Positions 16,241 through 26,510 of a stretch of 39,249 bases of DNA are shown in pieces. Under the pieces are notes generated by a model, which saw only the letters and a list, made by a program, of their open reading frames with translations, had not been told where the DNA came from and did no database searches. Numbering within the stretch: position 1 is the first letter of the stretch; the number at the start of each line of letters is the position of its first letter. The DNA is from a virus (lineage: Duplodnaviria; Heunggongvirae; Uroviricota; Caudoviricetes), in IMG/VR virus record IMGVR_UViG_2861079508_000003, positions 1 through 39,249 of that record. One strand, written 5' to 3'. A program made the position numbers and the translations under genes.

Positions 16241-16753
16241 ATGAAAGAAATAAAATTAACGCCAGAAATGGTGCTTTCTGTTGTTGATTACAATCCATCA
16301 TCAGGCGACTTTCACTGGAGATGGAGGCAGGGGAGAGAGAGGACCACTTTGACATGGAACTCTCGTTTTGCTTTCAAGAAATGCTCATCAATAAATTCTG
16401 ATGGGTATTTAATGATTATGATTAATGGTAAAGCATACCCTGCTCACAGACTGGCATGGTTGATTGTTTATGGCACCATGCCCGATGGTTTTATTGATCA
16501 CATCAACAGGGTAAGAACAGATAACCGGATATCAAATCTTCGTCTTGTCACTCATTCCGAAAATATGCAAAACAGGAAAATTCAGAAGAATAATAAATCT
16601 GGATACCGTGGCGTGTCTTGGGATGCTAAGTACGGGAAATGGAGAGCAAGAATTAATGCGTCTGGAAAGTGTATTAACCTTGGATACCATGACACTGCCG
16701 AACTTGCCGCTGCGGCTTTTGAGGCAGCCAGAATGAAATATCATACCGTTTAA
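16241..16753 (+). CDS. HNH homing-endonuclease-like protein with AP2-type domain (170 aa)
   Basis: ..AHRLAWLIVYGTMPDGFIDHINRVRTDNRISNLRLVTHSENMQNR.. (HNH_3) plus ..SGYRGVSWDAKYGKWRARI..GYHDTAELAAAAFEAA.. (AP2-like); inserted in the late-operon leader. Confidence 0.75.
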   Translation: MKEIKLTPEMVLSVVDYNPSSGDFHWRWRQGRERTTLTWNSRFAFKKCSSINSDGYLMIMINGKAYPAHRLAWLIVYGTMPDGFIDHINRVRTDNRISNLRLVTHSENMQNRKIQKNNKSGYRGVSWDAKYGKWRARINASGKCINLGYHDTAELAAAAFEAARMKYHTV

Positions 16754-16807
16754 AGATGTAAGCTGCCGTTAGTGACTCTTAAGTTGCAACGGTGGCTTTT
16801 TTTATTT

Positions 16808-16882
16808 GGGTCAGTCGTATAAAGGTCATTACGGAAGGCTGTTAACCTTCTTATCGTGGTTCGAGTCCACGCTGTCCCGCCA
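16808..16882 (+). tRNA. tRNA-Asn (anticodon GTT), putative
   Basis: Hand-folded cloverleaf: 7-bp acceptor stem (one U-U mismatch), D-arm with GG, anticodon loop CTGTTAA, T-arm CGTGG-TTCGAGT-CCACG, discriminator G and encoded CCA. Confidence 0.5.
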
Positions 16883-16887
16883 AATAT

Positions 16888-16963
16888 GCTGGTTTAGCTC
16901 CAATGGTAGAGCAGTCGCCTTGTAAGCGAATGGGTAGCGGTTCAAGTCCGTTAACCAGCACCA
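16888..16963 (+). tRNA. tRNA-Thr (anticodon TGT), putative
   Basis: Hand-folded cloverleaf: acceptor GCTGGTT/AACCAGC, D-stem GCTC/GAGC, anticodon loop CTTGTAA, T-arm AGCGG-TTCAAGT-CCGTT, discriminator A and encoded CCA; 76 nt. Confidence 0.6.
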
Positions 16964-17050
16964 TAACTGAGCCGTAGCCACTGGCTATCCTGAATTCATC
17001 AGTGATAGTTACGCTGCGGCCTTCTACACATGACCTTCGTGAAAGCGGGT

Positions 17051-17085
17051 GGCAAGAGGTTGCGCTAACAACCTCCTGCCGTTTT
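17051..17085 (+). other. Conserved stem-loop in the late-mRNA leader upstream of S
   Basis: 12-bp stem with one mismatch (GGCAAGAGGTTG...CAACCTCCTGCC) followed by GTTTTGCCC; region 16966-17205 matches what I recall of the lambda sequence preceding S. Confidence 0.4.
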
Positions 17086-17205
17086 GCCCGTGCATATCGG
17101 TCACGAACAAATCTGATTACTAAACACAGTAGCCTGGATTTGTTCTATCAGTAATCGACCTTATTCCTAATTAAATAGAGCAAATCCCCTTATTGGGGGT
17201 AAGAC

Positions 17206-17529
17206 ATGAAGATGCCAGAAAAACATGACCTGTTAGCCGCCATTCTCGCGGCAAAGGAACAAGGCATCGGAGCAATCCTTGCGTTTGCAATGGCGTACCT
17301 TCGCGGCAGATATAATGGCGGTGCGTTTACAAAAACAGTAATCGACGCAACGATGTGCGCCATTATCGCCTGGTTCATTCGTGACCTTCTCGACTTCGCC
17401 GGACTAAGTAGCAATCTCGCTTATATAACGAGCGTGTTCATCGGCTACATCGGTACTGACTCGATTGGTTCGCTTATCAAACGCTTCGCTGCTAAAAAAG
17501 CCGGAGTAGAAGATGGTGGAAATCAATAA
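17206..17529 (+). CDS. S: Holin, lambda S type (107 aa, dual-start Met1/Met3)
   Basis: [62 protein letters not shown].. is essentially identical to recalled lambda S. Confidence 0.95.
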   Translation: MKMPEKHDLLAAILAAKEQGIGAILAFAMAYLRGRYNGGAFTKTVIDATMCAIIAWFIRDLLDFAGLSSNLAYITSVFIGYIGTDSIGSLIKRFAAKKAGVEDGGNQ

Positions 17530-17989
17530 TCAACGTAAGGCGTTCCTCGATATGCTGGCGTGGTCAGAGGGAACAGATAACGGACGACAGAAAACCAGAA
17601 ATCATGGTTATGACGTCATTGTAGGCGGAGAGCTATTTACTGATTACTCCGATCACCCTCGCAAACTTGTCACGCTAAACCCAAAACTCAAATCAACAGC
17701 AGCCGGGCGCTACCAGCTTCTTTCCCGTTGGTGGGATTCCTATCGTAAGCAGCTTGGCCTGAAAGACTTCTCTCCGAAAAGCCAGGATGCTGTGGCATTG
17801 CAGCAGATTAAGGAGCGTGGCGCTTTACCGATGATTGATCGCGGTGATATTCGTCAGGCTATCGACCGTTGCAGCAATATCTGGGCTTCACTGCCGGGTG
17901 CTGGTTATGGTCAGTTCGAGCATAAGGCTGACAGCCTGATTGCAAAATTCAAAGAAGCGGGCGGAACGGTCAGAGAGATTGAGGTATGA
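17513..17989 (+). CDS. R: Endolysin, lambda R type (lytic transglycosylase; 158 aa)
   Basis: [75 protein letters not shown].. matches recalled lambda R. Confidence 0.95.
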   Translation: MVEINNQRKAFLDMLAWSEGTDNGRQKTRNHGYDVIVGGELFTDYSDHPRKLVTLNPKLKSTAAGRYQLLSRWWDSYRKQLGLKDFSPKSQDAVALQQIKERGALPMIDRGDIRQAIDRCSNIWASLPGAGYGQFEHKADSLIAKFKEAGGTVREIEV

Positions 17990-18423
17990 GCAGAGTAACC
18001 GCGATTATCTCCGCTCTGGTTATCTGCATCATCGTCTGCCTGTCATGGGCTGTTAATCATTACCGAGATAACGCCATCGCCTACAAAGAGCAGCGCGATA
18101 AAGCCACAACCATCATCGCTGACATGCAGAAGCGTCAACGTGATGTAGCAGAACTAGACGCCAGATACACAAAGGAGCTTGCTGATGCTAACGCGACTAT
18201 CGAAAGTCTCCGTGCTGATGTTTCTGCTGGGCGTAAGCGCCTGCAAGTCGCCGCCACCTGTGCAAAGTCAACGACCGGAGCCAGCAGCATGGGCGATGGA
18301 GAAAGTCCAAGACTTACAGCAGATGCTGAACTCAATTATTACCGTCTCCGAAGTGGAATCGACAGGATAACCGCGCAGGTTAACTACCTGCAGGAATACA
18401 TAAGGACGCAATGCCTTCGATGA
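17986..18423 (+). CDS. Rz: Spanin inner-membrane subunit Rz (145 aa)
   Basis: N-terminus [31 protein letters not shown].. matches lambda Rz; coiled-coil remainder; follows R. Confidence 0.85.
   Translation: MSRVTAIISALVICIIVCLSWAVNHYRDNAIAYKEQRDKATTIIADMQKRQRDVAELDARYTKELADANATIESLRADVSAGRKRLQVAATCAKSTTGASSMGDGESPRLTADAELNYYRLRSGIDRITAQVNYLQEYIRTQCLR
18185..18370 (+). CDS. Rz1: Spanin outer-membrane lipoprotein subunit Rz1 (embedded in Rz, +1 frame; 61 aa from ATG)
   Basis: Embedded ORF with lipobox (..LLGVSAC..), Pro-rich segment and AAGGAG RBS 7 nt upstream of the ATG; classic Rz/Rz1 arrangement. Confidence 0.75.
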   Translation: MLTRLSKVSVLMFLLGVSACKSPPPVQSQRPEPAAWAMEKVQDLQQMLNSIITVSEVESTG

Positions 18424-18563
18424 TAGCGATAATTTTACTCATCATCCTTCACATCTGGCTCTGTAGACAGGGTGGTGATCACTTCTGGAGTGAATCCAGA
18501 TTAAACATCTCATTGCTGATGCTTGAAGTTGAGCATCTGGCGCGCGGTAAGGGGCTGCGTTGA
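18420..18563 (+). CDS. Possible small hydrophobic protein (47 aa), not in ORF track
   Basis: ATG overlaps the Rz stop (ATGA); N-terminus [15 protein letters not shown].. is hydrophobic. Only coupling and hydrophobicity support it. Confidence 0.25.
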   Translation: MIAIILLIILHIWLCRQGGDHFWSESRLNISLLMLEVEHLARGKGLR

Positions 18564-18928
18564 GATAAGAGCCAGTTCATTACAAAGCCTATCTACGGGT
18601 GGGCTTGATAATGAAACCGTGATTTACATCCCCACAATCCGGGTATGTAAAAGATAGTTCAGGCGAGAACAGATTTAACTAAATCTGTGCACCACCAGTT
18701 ACGGCAGTACCGCGAAACAACCCAAGCCAGTAAGTGGGGAAATAACACTGGCAGCCACTGAAAGATGAACCTCCTGCCTTATGGCAAAAAAGATTCTTTG
18801 TGGTGGCGGACTGATGGAAAAACATCGGTTATTGCAGAGACCATTCAGTGAGTGGTCTCGACAATGGCTTATACCCTACACGGGATAACTTAACTGATAT
18901 CCCTTTTAACGGATAAACGGAGCCAACA

Positions 18929-19171
18929 ATGGCAGAGATTATTCCCATGACTGAAGAACAGAAATTCCAGTTAGAGATTTACAAACTGGTCATGAACCAG
19001 AACGCAGCCGCAGAAGAAGCATTTCAATTCATTGGCACTGACGAACTGAAGCTTGAGCTATTCAAAATTCACTTCCAGTCAGGCGGCGCTAATTCAGATA
19101 TCACGATCCGCACATTTGAAGCGGTGCGTAAATCGAAGGAAGCGTTAGACCTGTTCACCACCGGAGCATGA
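18929..19171 (+). CDS. Hypothetical protein (80 aa)
   Basis: ORF with RBS (ACGGAG) between lysis and packaging genes, in late-operon orientation. Confidence 0.45.
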   Translation: MAEIIPMTEEQKFQLEIYKLVMNQNAAAEEAFQFIGTDELKLELFKIHFQSGGANSDITIRTFEAVRKSKEALDLFTTGA

Positions 19172-19172
19172 T

Positions 19173-19352
19173 GTGAGCCGCGTAATCAATTTGGGTAAGG
19201 AGAAGAAATTCCCAATTACTCAAGAGCTATACGAGCGGCTTGAAAGCGTTATTCATGATTACGATGGTGAAATCAGTTTGTGTGAGGCGATTGGCACACT
19301 CGAATTGCTGAAGCAGTCACTGATTGAAAGCGCGAAAGAGTCATCAGCCTGA
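19173..19352 (+). CDS. Hypothetical protein (59 aa, GTG start), not in ORF track
   Basis: Manual translation VSRVINLGKEKKFPITQELYERLESVIHDYDGEISLCEAIGTLELLKQSLIESAKESSA; starts 2 nt after the preceding stop. Confidence 0.3.
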   Translation: MSRVINLGKEKKFPITQELYERLESVIHDYDGEISLCEAIGTLELLKQSLIESAKESSA

Positions 19353-19369
19353 AATAACAAATAAGTGAG

Positions 19370-19864
19370 ATGAATATGGCGGCACCAAAGGGCAACCGAT
19401 TTTGGGAGGCCCGCAGTAGTCATGGGCGAAACCCGAAATTCGAATCGCCTGAGGCGCTGTGGGCTGCTTGTTGTGAATACTTCGAGTGGGTAGAAGCTAA
19501 CCCGCTATGGGAGATGAAGGCGTTCTCGTATCAGGGTGAAGTGATACAAGAGCCTATCGCCAAGATGCGAGCGATGACTATTACCGGACTCACTCTGTTC
19601 ATTGATGTGACGCTTGAAACATGGCGCACATATCGCCTGCGAGAAGATTTATCTGAAGTCGTTACGCGAGCAGAGCAGGTCATCTACGACCAGAAATTCT
19701 CTGGCGCAGCCGCTGACCTTCTCAACGCTAACATCATCGCCCGTGATTTGGGCCTCAAAGAGCAGTCGCAAGTTGAAGACGTGACACCTGATAAGGGAGA
19801 TCGCGATAAGCGGCGCTCTCGTATCAAGGAGCTATTCAACCGTGGAACTGGACGCGATTCTTGA
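19370..19864 (+). CDS. Terminase small subunit (P22 gp3 position; 164 aa)
   Basis: Immediately precedes and overlaps the large terminase gene; size and synteny as for P22 gene 3. Family assignment by position and size. Confidence 0.65.
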   Translation: MNMAAPKGNRFWEARSSHGRNPKFESPEALWAACCEYFEWVEANPLWEMKAFSYQGEVIQEPIAKMRAMTITGLTLFIDVTLETWRTYRLREDLSEVVTRAEQVIYDQKFSGAAADLLNANIIARDLGLKEQSQVEDVTPDKGDRDKRRSRIKELFNRGTGRDS

Positions 19865-21341
19865 TAACCTGAGCGACGAAGAGCAAATCGAGTTGCTCGA
19901 GCTACTCGAAGAAGAAGAGAACTACCGGAACACACACCTGCTATATGAATTTACGCCATACAGCAAACAGCGTGAGTTCATCGACGCCGGGCATGACTAT
20001 CCAGAACGCTGTTTTATGGCTGGTAACCAGCTTGGTAAGTCATTTACCGGTGCTGCCGAAGTCGCGTTTCACCTTACAGGGCGTTATCCGGGCACAAAAG
20101 GCTATCCTGCTGATGGTAAATATGGCGGTGAGTGGAAAGGTAAGCGTTTCTATGAGCCTGTTGTCTTCTGGATTGGCGGCGAGACAAACGAGACGGTAAC
20201 CAAAACGACTCAACGCATCCTGTGCGGTCGTATCGAAGAGAATGACGAGCCAGGCTACGGTTCCATACCGAAAGAAGACATCATTAGCTGGAAGAAGTCT
20301 CCTTTCTTTCCGAACCTTGTTGATCATCTTCTGGTTAAGCATCACACGGCTGATGGCGTTGAAGATGGCATTTCAATCTGCTACTTCAAACCATACTCGC
20401 AAGGCCGCGCTCGCTGGCAGGGTGACACAATCCACGGCGTGTGGTTTGACGAAGAGCCACCATACAGCATTTATGGTGAAGGCCTTACCCGTACCAACAA
20501 ATACGGGCAATTCTCAATTCTGACGTTTACCCCGCTGATGGGGATGTCTGACGTTGTTACCAAGTTCCTGAAGAATCCCAGCAAGTCGCAGAAAGTCGTC
20601 AACATGACCATCTATGACGCCGAGCACTACACAGACGAGCAGAAAGAGCAAATCATCGCATCCTATCCTGAGCATGAGAGAGAGGCGCGTGCTCGCGGTA
20701 TTCCTACGATGGGTAGCGGGCGAATCTTCCAGATACCGGAAGAGACGATTAAGTGTCAGCCGTTCGAGTGTCCTGATCACTTCTACGTAATTGGCGGGAT
20801 GGATTTCGGATGGGATCACCCGCAGGCGCAGGTTCAGCTTTGGTGGGATAAGGACGCAGACACAATCTACGTTTCACGCGTGTGGAAGGCGAAAGAAAAA
20901 ACAGCCGTTCAGGCATGGGGAGCTGTTAAATCATGGGCGCATAAAGTGCCAACAGCATGGCCTCATGACGGAAACCAGCATGAGAAGGGCGGCGGTGAGC
21001 AGCTCAAAGGGCAGTATGCAGACGCTGGTTTTATGATGTTGCAGGAGCATGCGACATGGCCTGATGGCGGTAATGCCGTGGAGCCTGGCATCACTGAATT
21101 GCGCGACATGATGCTCGATGGTCGCTTCAAAGTATTCAACACCTGTGAGCCATTCTTTGAGGAGTTCCGCCTCTATCACCGTGATGAAAACGGGAAGATC
21201 GTCAAGCTTAACGACGACGTGCTATCAGCCGTTCGCTATGCATACATGATGCGCCGCTTCGCCAAAATGATGCGCGACATCAAAAAACCAAAAGAGAAAA
21301 AGATACCAGCCCCAATCAGGCCCATCGCACGGAGAACTTAA
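19842..21341 (+). CDS. Terminase large subunit (P22 gp2 type; 499 aa)
   Basis: Same length as P22 gp2; contains an ATPase-like segment (..[14 protein letters not shown]..) and a nuclease domain; followed by portal. Confidence 0.85.
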   Translation: MELDAILDNLSDEEQIELLELLEEEENYRNTHLLYEFTPYSKQREFIDAGHDYPERCFMAGNQLGKSFTGAAEVAFHLTGRYPGTKGYPADGKYGGEWKGKRFYEPVVFWIGGETNETVTKTTQRILCGRIEENDEPGYGSIPKEDIISWKKSPFFPNLVDHLLVKHHTADGVEDGISICYFKPYSQGRARWQGDTIHGVWFDEEPPYSIYGEGLTRTNKYGQFSILTFTPLMGMSDVVTKFLKNPSKSQKVVNMTIYDAEHYTDEQKEQIIASYPEHEREARARGIPTMGSGRIFQIPEETIKCQPFECPDHFYVIGGMDFGWDHPQAQVQLWWDKDADTIYVSRVWKAKEKTAVQAWGAVKSWAHKVPTAWPHDGNQHEKGGGEQLKGQYADAGFMMLQEHATWPDGGNAVEPGITELRDMMLDGRFKVFNTCEPFFEEFRLYHRDENGKIVKLNDDVLSAVRYAYMMRRFAKMMRDIKKPKEKKIPAPIRPIARRT

Positions 21342-23507
21342 ATGGCCGACGAAAACAGACTCAATTCCATTCTGTGTAAGTTTGACGCAGACTGGATGGC
21401 GAGCGATGAAGCCAGAACCGAGGCGACAAATGACCTGTATTTTAGCCGAGTGTCGCAATGGGATGACTGGCTATCAAACTACACGACCCTGCAATATCGC
21501 GGACAATTCGATGTTGTTCGCCCGGTGGTCAGGAAGCTGGTCGCAGAGATGCGCCGTAACCCTATCGACGTTCTCTTCAGACCAAAAGACGGCGCTAATC
21601 CTGATGCTGCCGATGTGTTGATGGGAATGTATCGTACTGATATGCGCCATAACACGGCAAAGATTGCCGTTAACGTTGGAGTTCGTGAGCAGATAGAGTC
21701 CGGCGTTGGTGCATGGCGTCTGGTCACCCAGTACGAAGACAACGACCCAACAAGCAACAATCAGGTAATCCGACGCCTTCCAATCCATGAAGCCTGCTCA
21801 CACGTCATATGGGACGCCAACAGCAAGCAGATGGATAAGAGCGACGCTAAGCACTGCACGGTGATTAACGCTTTGTCACGCAATGGCTGGAAAGAGTTCG
21901 CAGAGGATTACGGTATTGATCCTGACACGCTGCCATCTTTCCAGAATCCAAACGATACATGGCTGTTTCCGTGGGTATCGAATGATGTCGTCTACGTCGC
22001 TGAGTATTACGAGGTCGAAGAGAAGAAAGAGAAAGTCTTCATCTACCGCGATCCGCTGACAGGTGAGCCGGTCAGCTATTACCAGCAGGATATTAAAGAC
22101 GTTATCGACGACCTGGCTAATCGTGGATTCATTAAGGTAGCAGAGCGCAAGGTGAAGCGTCGGCGTGTGTATAAGTCGATCATCACCTGCACGCAGATAC
22201 TGAAAGACCGCGAGAAGATAGCCGGAGAGCATATCCCAATAGTTCCTGTGTACGGCGAATGGTCATTCGCTGGTGACAAGGAGTGCTACGAAGGAGTGGT
22301 AAGGCTGACGAAAGACGGTCAGCGCCTTCGTAACATGATCATGTCGTTCAACGCCGATATTGTTGCTCGTTCACCGAAGAAGAAACCTACCTTCTTCCCT
22401 GAGCAAATCGAAGGCTACGAATACATGTACGGTGGAAATGATGACTATCCGTACTATCTCCAGAACAGGACTGATGAAAACGGTAACGACCTGCCGATTG
22501 GTCCAATCTCCTACATGGAAAACCCTGAAGTGCCGCAAGCCAACGCTTACATGCTTGAGGCTGCCACCAACGCAGTGAAAGAGGTGGCTAGTCTTGGCGT
22601 GGATGCGCAGGCAGCAAACTCTCAGGTCGCTTTCGATACTGTCAATCAACTGAACATGCGGGCAGACCTTGAGACATATGTGTTTCAGGATAACCTGGCT
22701 ACCGCAATGCGACGTGATGGCGAGATTTATGCCTCAATGGTCAACGATATTTATGACGTTCCTCGTCATGTGACGCTGACACTTGAAGATGGAAGCGAGA
22801 AAGACGTTCAACTCTATGCGCAAGTTGTCGATTATCAGTCCGGCAATGTGGTCACACTCAACGACATTCGCGGTCGCTATGAGTGCTATACGGACGTTGG
22901 GCCATCCTTCCAGAGCATGAAGGAACAGAATCGCGCAGAGATTCAGGAGTTGCTAACCAAGGTTCCGCAAGGTACTCCAGAGTTCCAGATGCTGATGCTG
23001 CAATACTTCACGCTGCTTGACGGTAAAGGCGTCGAGATGATGCGAGAGTACGCGAACAAGCAACTGGTGATGATGGGGCTGAAGAAACCAGAAACACCTG
23101 AAGAGATGGAGATGGTACAACAGGCGCAACAGCAGCCGCAGCAGCCATCAGCAGAGCAAATTCAGGCGCAGGGTATCCTTCTGCAAGGTCAGGCTGAATT
23201 GCTCAAGGCAGAGAACCAACAGGCGCAGATTCAGGTTGAAGCCGCCAAGGTTGAAGCTCAAAACCAACTCAACGCCGCGAAGATTGCAGAAATCTTCAAC
23301 AATATGGACCTCGACAAGCAGGCAGAACTGCGTGAGTACCTCAAGCTCGTAGGTCAATTCCAGCAACAGCGCAGCAAAGATGCTCGTGCTAACGCTGAGC
23401 TGCTTCTTAAAGATGCAGACCAGGCTCATTCACAACGCATGTATTTCGCGAATCTTATGCGTCAAGTTCAAATCCCCTCCGGCGGAGTAGCCGAGACACC
23501 TCAATAA
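21342..23507 (+). CDS. Portal protein (P22 gp1 type; 721 aa)
   Basis: Size and position match P22 portal (about 725 aa); Gln-rich C-terminal coiled coil as in the P22 portal barrel. Confidence 0.85.
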   Translation: MADENRLNSILCKFDADWMASDEARTEATNDLYFSRVSQWDDWLSNYTTLQYRGQFDVVRPVVRKLVAEMRRNPIDVLFRPKDGANPDAADVLMGMYRTDMRHNTAKIAVNVGVREQIESGVGAWRLVTQYEDNDPTSNNQVIRRLPIHEACSHVIWDANSKQMDKSDAKHCTVINALSRNGWKEFAEDYGIDPDTLPSFQNPNDTWLFPWVSNDVVYVAEYYEVEEKKEKVFIYRDPLTGEPVSYYQQDIKDVIDDLANRGFIKVAERKVKRRRVYKSIITCTQILKDREKIAGEHIPIVPVYGEWSFAGDKECYEGVVRLTKDGQRLRNMIMSFNADIVARSPKKKPTFFPEQIEGYEYMYGGNDDYPYYLQNRTDENGNDLPIGPISYMENPEVPQANAYMLEAATNAVKEVASLGVDAQAANSQVAFDTVNQLNMRADLETYVFQDNLATAMRRDGEIYASMVNDIYDVPRHVTLTLEDGSEKDVQLYAQVVDYQSGNVVTLNDIRGRYECYTDVGPSFQSMKEQNRAEIQELLTKVPQGTPEFQMLMLQYFTLLDGKGVEMMREYANKQLVMMGLKKPETPEEMEMVQQAQQQPQQPSAEQIQAQGILLQGQAELLKAENQQAQIQVEAAKVEAQNQLNAAKIAEIFNNMDLDKQAELREYLKLVGQFQQQRSKDARANAELLLKDADQAHSQRMYFANLMRQVQIPSGGVAETPQ

Positions 23508-23520
23508 GAGAGAGTTAATC

Positions 23521-24432
23521 ATGGACCAAACCACCGACATTCAGGCTTCTGAAGAATTAACCCTGCCCGGCAATCATGCAGCGGCATCTGCTGATGGCTT
23601 AGTTGTCGATAATGCCAACGACAACGCAGGTCAGGAAGAAGGCTTCGAGATTGTCCTGAAAGACGATGAGAAACCAAAACAAGACCCGGCAACTAATGCT
23701 GAATTTGCCCGTCGCCGCATCGAACGCAAACGCCAGCGTGAGCTTGAGCAACAGATGGAAGCGGTTAAGCGTGGAGAGTTGCCGGAGCACCTGCGGGTGA
23801 ACCCTGAGTTACCAAAACAACCAGACCCTAACGATTATCTTTCCGAAGATGCACTGGCTAAGTACGACTATGACCAGAGCCGCGCACTGGCTGCCTTCCA
23901 GCAGGCAAATAGTGAATGGCAGATCAAGGCTATGGACGCACGAAGCCAGGCTGTCGCCGAGCAGGGTCGCAAAACTCAGGAGTTCACCCAGCAATCAGCG
24001 CAATACGTCGAGGCAGCCCGTAAGCACTACGACGCAGCGGAAAAGCTCAATATCCCTGACTATCAGGAGAAAGAGGATGCATTCATGCAACTGGTGCCGC
24101 CAGCAGTCGGTGCCGACATCATGCGCCTCTTCCCGGAGAAATCCGCTGCTCTCATGTATCACCTTGGTGCTAATCCTGAGAAAACACGCCAGTTGCTGGC
24201 GATGGACGGGCAATCCGCGCTGATTGAACTCACTCGACTGTCAGAACGTTTAACTCTCAAGCCTCGAGCCAAACCTGTTTCAGAAGCCCCGCTACCTGAT
24301 GAACCCATTCAGGGACACGCTGTTGCTGCAAATATATCTGCGATTGAAAAGCAGATGGAAGCGGCAGCAAACAAAGGGGATGTAGAGACATACCGCAAGC
24401 TCAAGGCGCAACTGAATAAAGGAATTCGATAA
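23521..24432 (+). CDS. Scaffolding protein (P22 gp8 type; 303 aa)
   Basis: Same length as P22 gp8, highly charged helical composition, between portal and coat. Confidence 0.8.
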   Translation: MDQTTDIQASEELTLPGNHAAASADGLVVDNANDNAGQEEGFEIVLKDDEKPKQDPATNAEFARRRIERKRQRELEQQMEAVKRGELPEHLRVNPELPKQPDPNDYLSEDALAKYDYDQSRALAAFQQANSEWQIKAMDARSQAVAEQGRKTQEFTQQSAQYVEAARKHYDAAEKLNIPDYQEKEDAFMQLVPPAVGADIMRLFPEKSAALMYHLGANPEKTRQLLAMDGQSALIELTRLSERLTLKPRAKPVSEAPLPDEPIQGHAVAANISAIEKQMEAAANKGDVETYRKLKAQLNKGIR

Positions 24433-25727
24433 TGGCATTAAATGAAGGTCAACTGGTCACGTATGCTCTGGATGAAATCATCGAAACCGTCCAGAACCTG
24501 ACGCCAATGGCGTCCAAAGTGACAAAATACACCCCTCCGGCAGAATCCATGCAGCGTTCAAGCAACACCGTGTGGATGCCTGTTGAGCAGGAAGCGCCAA
24601 CCCAGACTGGCTGGGATTTAACTGGCAACGCAACCGGGATTCTGGAACTCTCCGTGAAATGCAACATGGGCGATCCGGATAACGATTTCTTCGAGCTTCG
24701 TGCAGATGACCTGCGTGATGAGCGTTCTTACCGTCGCCGAATCCAGGCATCCGCCAAAAAACTGGCAAATAACATTGAGTCAGCGATTGCCAAACAGGCA
24801 ACTGAAATGGGATCGCTTGTTGTTCACGATACCCGCGCAATTGGTCCATCTACTGGCCTGTCTGGCTGGGATTTTGTGTCTGATGCAGAGCGCCTGATGT
24901 TCTCCCGTGAGCTAAACCGCGATATGGGCATCAGTTACTTCCTGAACCCTGACGATTACCGCAAAGCAGGCCGCAACCTGGTAGATGGTGACATCTTTGG
25001 GCGCGTTCCTGAAGACGCGTATCGCAACGGTACTATTCAGCGTCAGATTGCTGGCTTTGATGAAATTCTTCGCTCACCGAAACTTCCGGCAGTTACCAAG
25101 TCAACCGCTACTGGTGTAACTGTTTCTGGTGCGCAGAAGTTTAAGCCGCAGGCATACACCCTTGATACCGATGGTAACAAAGAGAACGTCGACAACCGTG
25201 TTGCAACGGTGACCGTATCCTCCACCACCGGATTTAAGCGCGGCGACAAAATCAGCTTCACTGGTGTGAAGTTCCTGTCTCAGATGGCGAAGAATGTGCT
25301 GACTGATGACGCGACTTTCTCAATCACCCGTGTGATCGATAGTACTCACATCGAAATCACGCCGAAGCCGATTGCGCTGGATGACGCGTCACTGACAAAA
25401 GAAGAGAAGGCTTACGCGAATGTAAACACCTCTCTTGCTGATACCACACCGGTAAACGTTCTGAACGTGGCAACAACCACCGCTAACGTGTTCTGGGCTG
25501 ATGACTCAATCCGTCTACTGTCTCAGCCTATCCCGGTAACCCATGAGCTGTTTGCTGGCATGAAAACGTCTTCCTTCAGCATTCCTGGTATTGGTGTTAA
25601 CGGCATCTTCGCTACACAGGGTGATATCAACACTCTGTCTGGCAAGTGCCGTATTGCTGTGTGGTATTCAGCATGTGCTGTACGACCAGAGGCAATTGGT
25701 GTTGGTCTGCCTAACCAGACTGCGTGA
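24432..25727 (+). CDS. Major coat protein (P22 gp5 type; 431 aa)
   Basis: N-terminus [54 protein letters not shown].. aligns closely with recalled P22 coat protein across its length. Confidence 0.95.
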   Translation: MALNEGQLVTYALDEIIETVQNLTPMASKVTKYTPPAESMQRSSNTVWMPVEQEAPTQTGWDLTGNATGILELSVKCNMGDPDNDFFELRADDLRDERSYRRRIQASAKKLANNIESAIAKQATEMGSLVVHDTRAIGPSTGLSGWDFVSDAERLMFSRELNRDMGISYFLNPDDYRKAGRNLVDGDIFGRVPEDAYRNGTIQRQIAGFDEILRSPKLPAVTKSTATGVTVSGAQKFKPQAYTLDTDGNKENVDNRVATVTVSSTTGFKRGDKISFTGVKFLSQMAKNVLTDDATFSITRVIDSTHIEITPKPIALDDASLTKEEKAYANVNTSLADTTPVNVLNVATTTANVFWADDSIRLLSQPIPVTHELFAGMKTSSFSIPGIGVNGIFATQGDINTLSGKCRIAVWYSACAVRPEAIGVGLPNQTA

Positions 25728-25735
25728 TAACCAGA

Positions 25736-25757
25736 GGGGGCTTCGGCTCCCTTTTTT
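25736..25757 (+). terminator. Rho-independent terminator after the coat gene (UUCG tetraloop hairpin plus T6)
   Basis: GGGGGC-TTCG-GCTCCC followed by TTTTTT, 9 bp after the coat stop. Confidence 0.55.
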
Positions 25758-25771
25758 ATCTGGAGACAAAC

Positions 25772-26032
25772 ATGACACACATGATCTTTCGTCATGGCGA
25801 CATGAAGAAATGGAAAGGCGTTGGATACGACTTTGAAATCGTGAAAGCCGAAGAGCTTCAGGAATATCTGGATGCTGGCTGGTTTGCACATCCTGATGAT
25901 CTTCTGAAGGATGTTGCAGAGACAGAGCCAGAGCCAGAACCAGAGCCAGAGCCAGAGCCAGAAGAAAAACAGCGTAAAAAGCCTGGTAGAAAACCTAAGG
26001 CGGCAGCAGATGAACCTGACAACGAAGGGTGA
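25772..26032 (+). CDS. Hypothetical protein with (Glu-Pro)n linker and basic C-terminal tail (86 aa)
   Basis: ATG with GGAG RBS just after the coat terminator; contains [13 protein letters not shown] encoded by a hexanucleotide tandem repeat, then KKPGRKPK; overlaps the gp4 start. Confidence 0.45.
   Translation: MTHMIFRHGDMKKWKGVGYDFEIVKAEELQEYLDAGWFAHPDDLLKDVAETEPEPEPEPEPEPEEKQRKKPGRKPKAAADEPDNEG
25925..25960 (+). repeat. Tandem hexanucleotide repeat (GAGCCA)x6 with one GAACCA variant
   Basis: Directly visible; in frame within the 25772..26032 ORF, encoding the EP repeats. Confidence 0.9.
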
Positions 26033-26510
26033 TTTAGTTCTTGCGGCATTACGTAAGCTCGGTGTGGCATCAAATGCCACGTTAACAGATGTCGAACCGC
26101 AGTCTATGGAAGACGGCGTCAACGACCTTGAAATGATGATGGCTGAATGGCTTGGCGGTGATGCGTCACCTGGTATCAACGTTGGCTACATTTTTGCTGA
26201 TGCAGATGTTGCTCCGGATCCGGGCGATGAGCACGGTTTATCAAATAACGCTATCAATGCCGTCATTTTCAACCTTGCCTGCCGCATTGCTCCAGATTAT
26301 GCGCTGGAAGCGTCTGCAAAACTTATAACCACTGCCAGATACGGGAAAGAGCGACTCGTCAAACTGTCTGCAATGGACAGAGCAAAAGCCGCTAAATGTA
26401 AGTCCGGTTATCCAAACCGTATGCCTGTTGGTAGCGGTAACCAGTTGGCGAAGTGGAACGGTTGGAATTACTTCCACCGAAAGGAACCTTGCGATAACGG
26501 GAGCGAATAA
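26010..26510 (+). CDS. Tail accessory / head-completion protein (P22 gp4 type; 166 aa)
   Basis: From ATG at 26010: [47 protein letters not shown].. closely matches recalled P22 gp4. Confidence 0.8.
   Translation: MNLTTKGDLVLAALRKLGVASNATLTDVEPQSMEDGVNDLEMMMAEWLGGDASPGINVGYIFADADVAPDPGDEHGLSNNAINAVIFNLACRIAPDYALEASAKLITTARYGKERLVKLSAMDRAKAAKCKSGYPNRMPVGSGNQLAKWNGWNYFHRKEPCDNGSE

Noticed and set aside
16062-16355. ORFs 16062..16244 (+) and 16080..16355 (-) in the late leader
   Set aside because: They span the predicted PR'/tR' terminator hairpin and the start of the HNH gene; more likely non-coding leader.
16966-17100. Possible third tRNA or structured RNA after the two tRNAs
   Set aside because: No cloverleaf could be folded; the segment corresponds to the lambda-type leader sequence upstream of S, so it is treated as mRNA leader with a stem-loop.
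19945-25261. Numerous ORFs of 60-125 aa on both strands inside terminase, portal, scaffold and coat genes (for example 20040..20345, 21474..21788, 22371..22649, 23148..23429, 24478..24849)
   Set aside because: All are embedded in or antisense to long, well-supported structural genes and show antisense-type composition.
25925-25960. Tandem repeats considered as a possible CRISPR array (also the iterons at 9964-10092)
   Set aside because: Units are 6 and 12 bp with no spacers, lie inside coding sequence, and no cas genes are present.
25911-26510. Long form of gp4 starting at 25911 ([17 protein letters not shown]...)
   Set aside because: The N-terminal extension is the hexanucleotide repeat read in another frame; homology to P22 gp4 begins at the internal ATG 26010.
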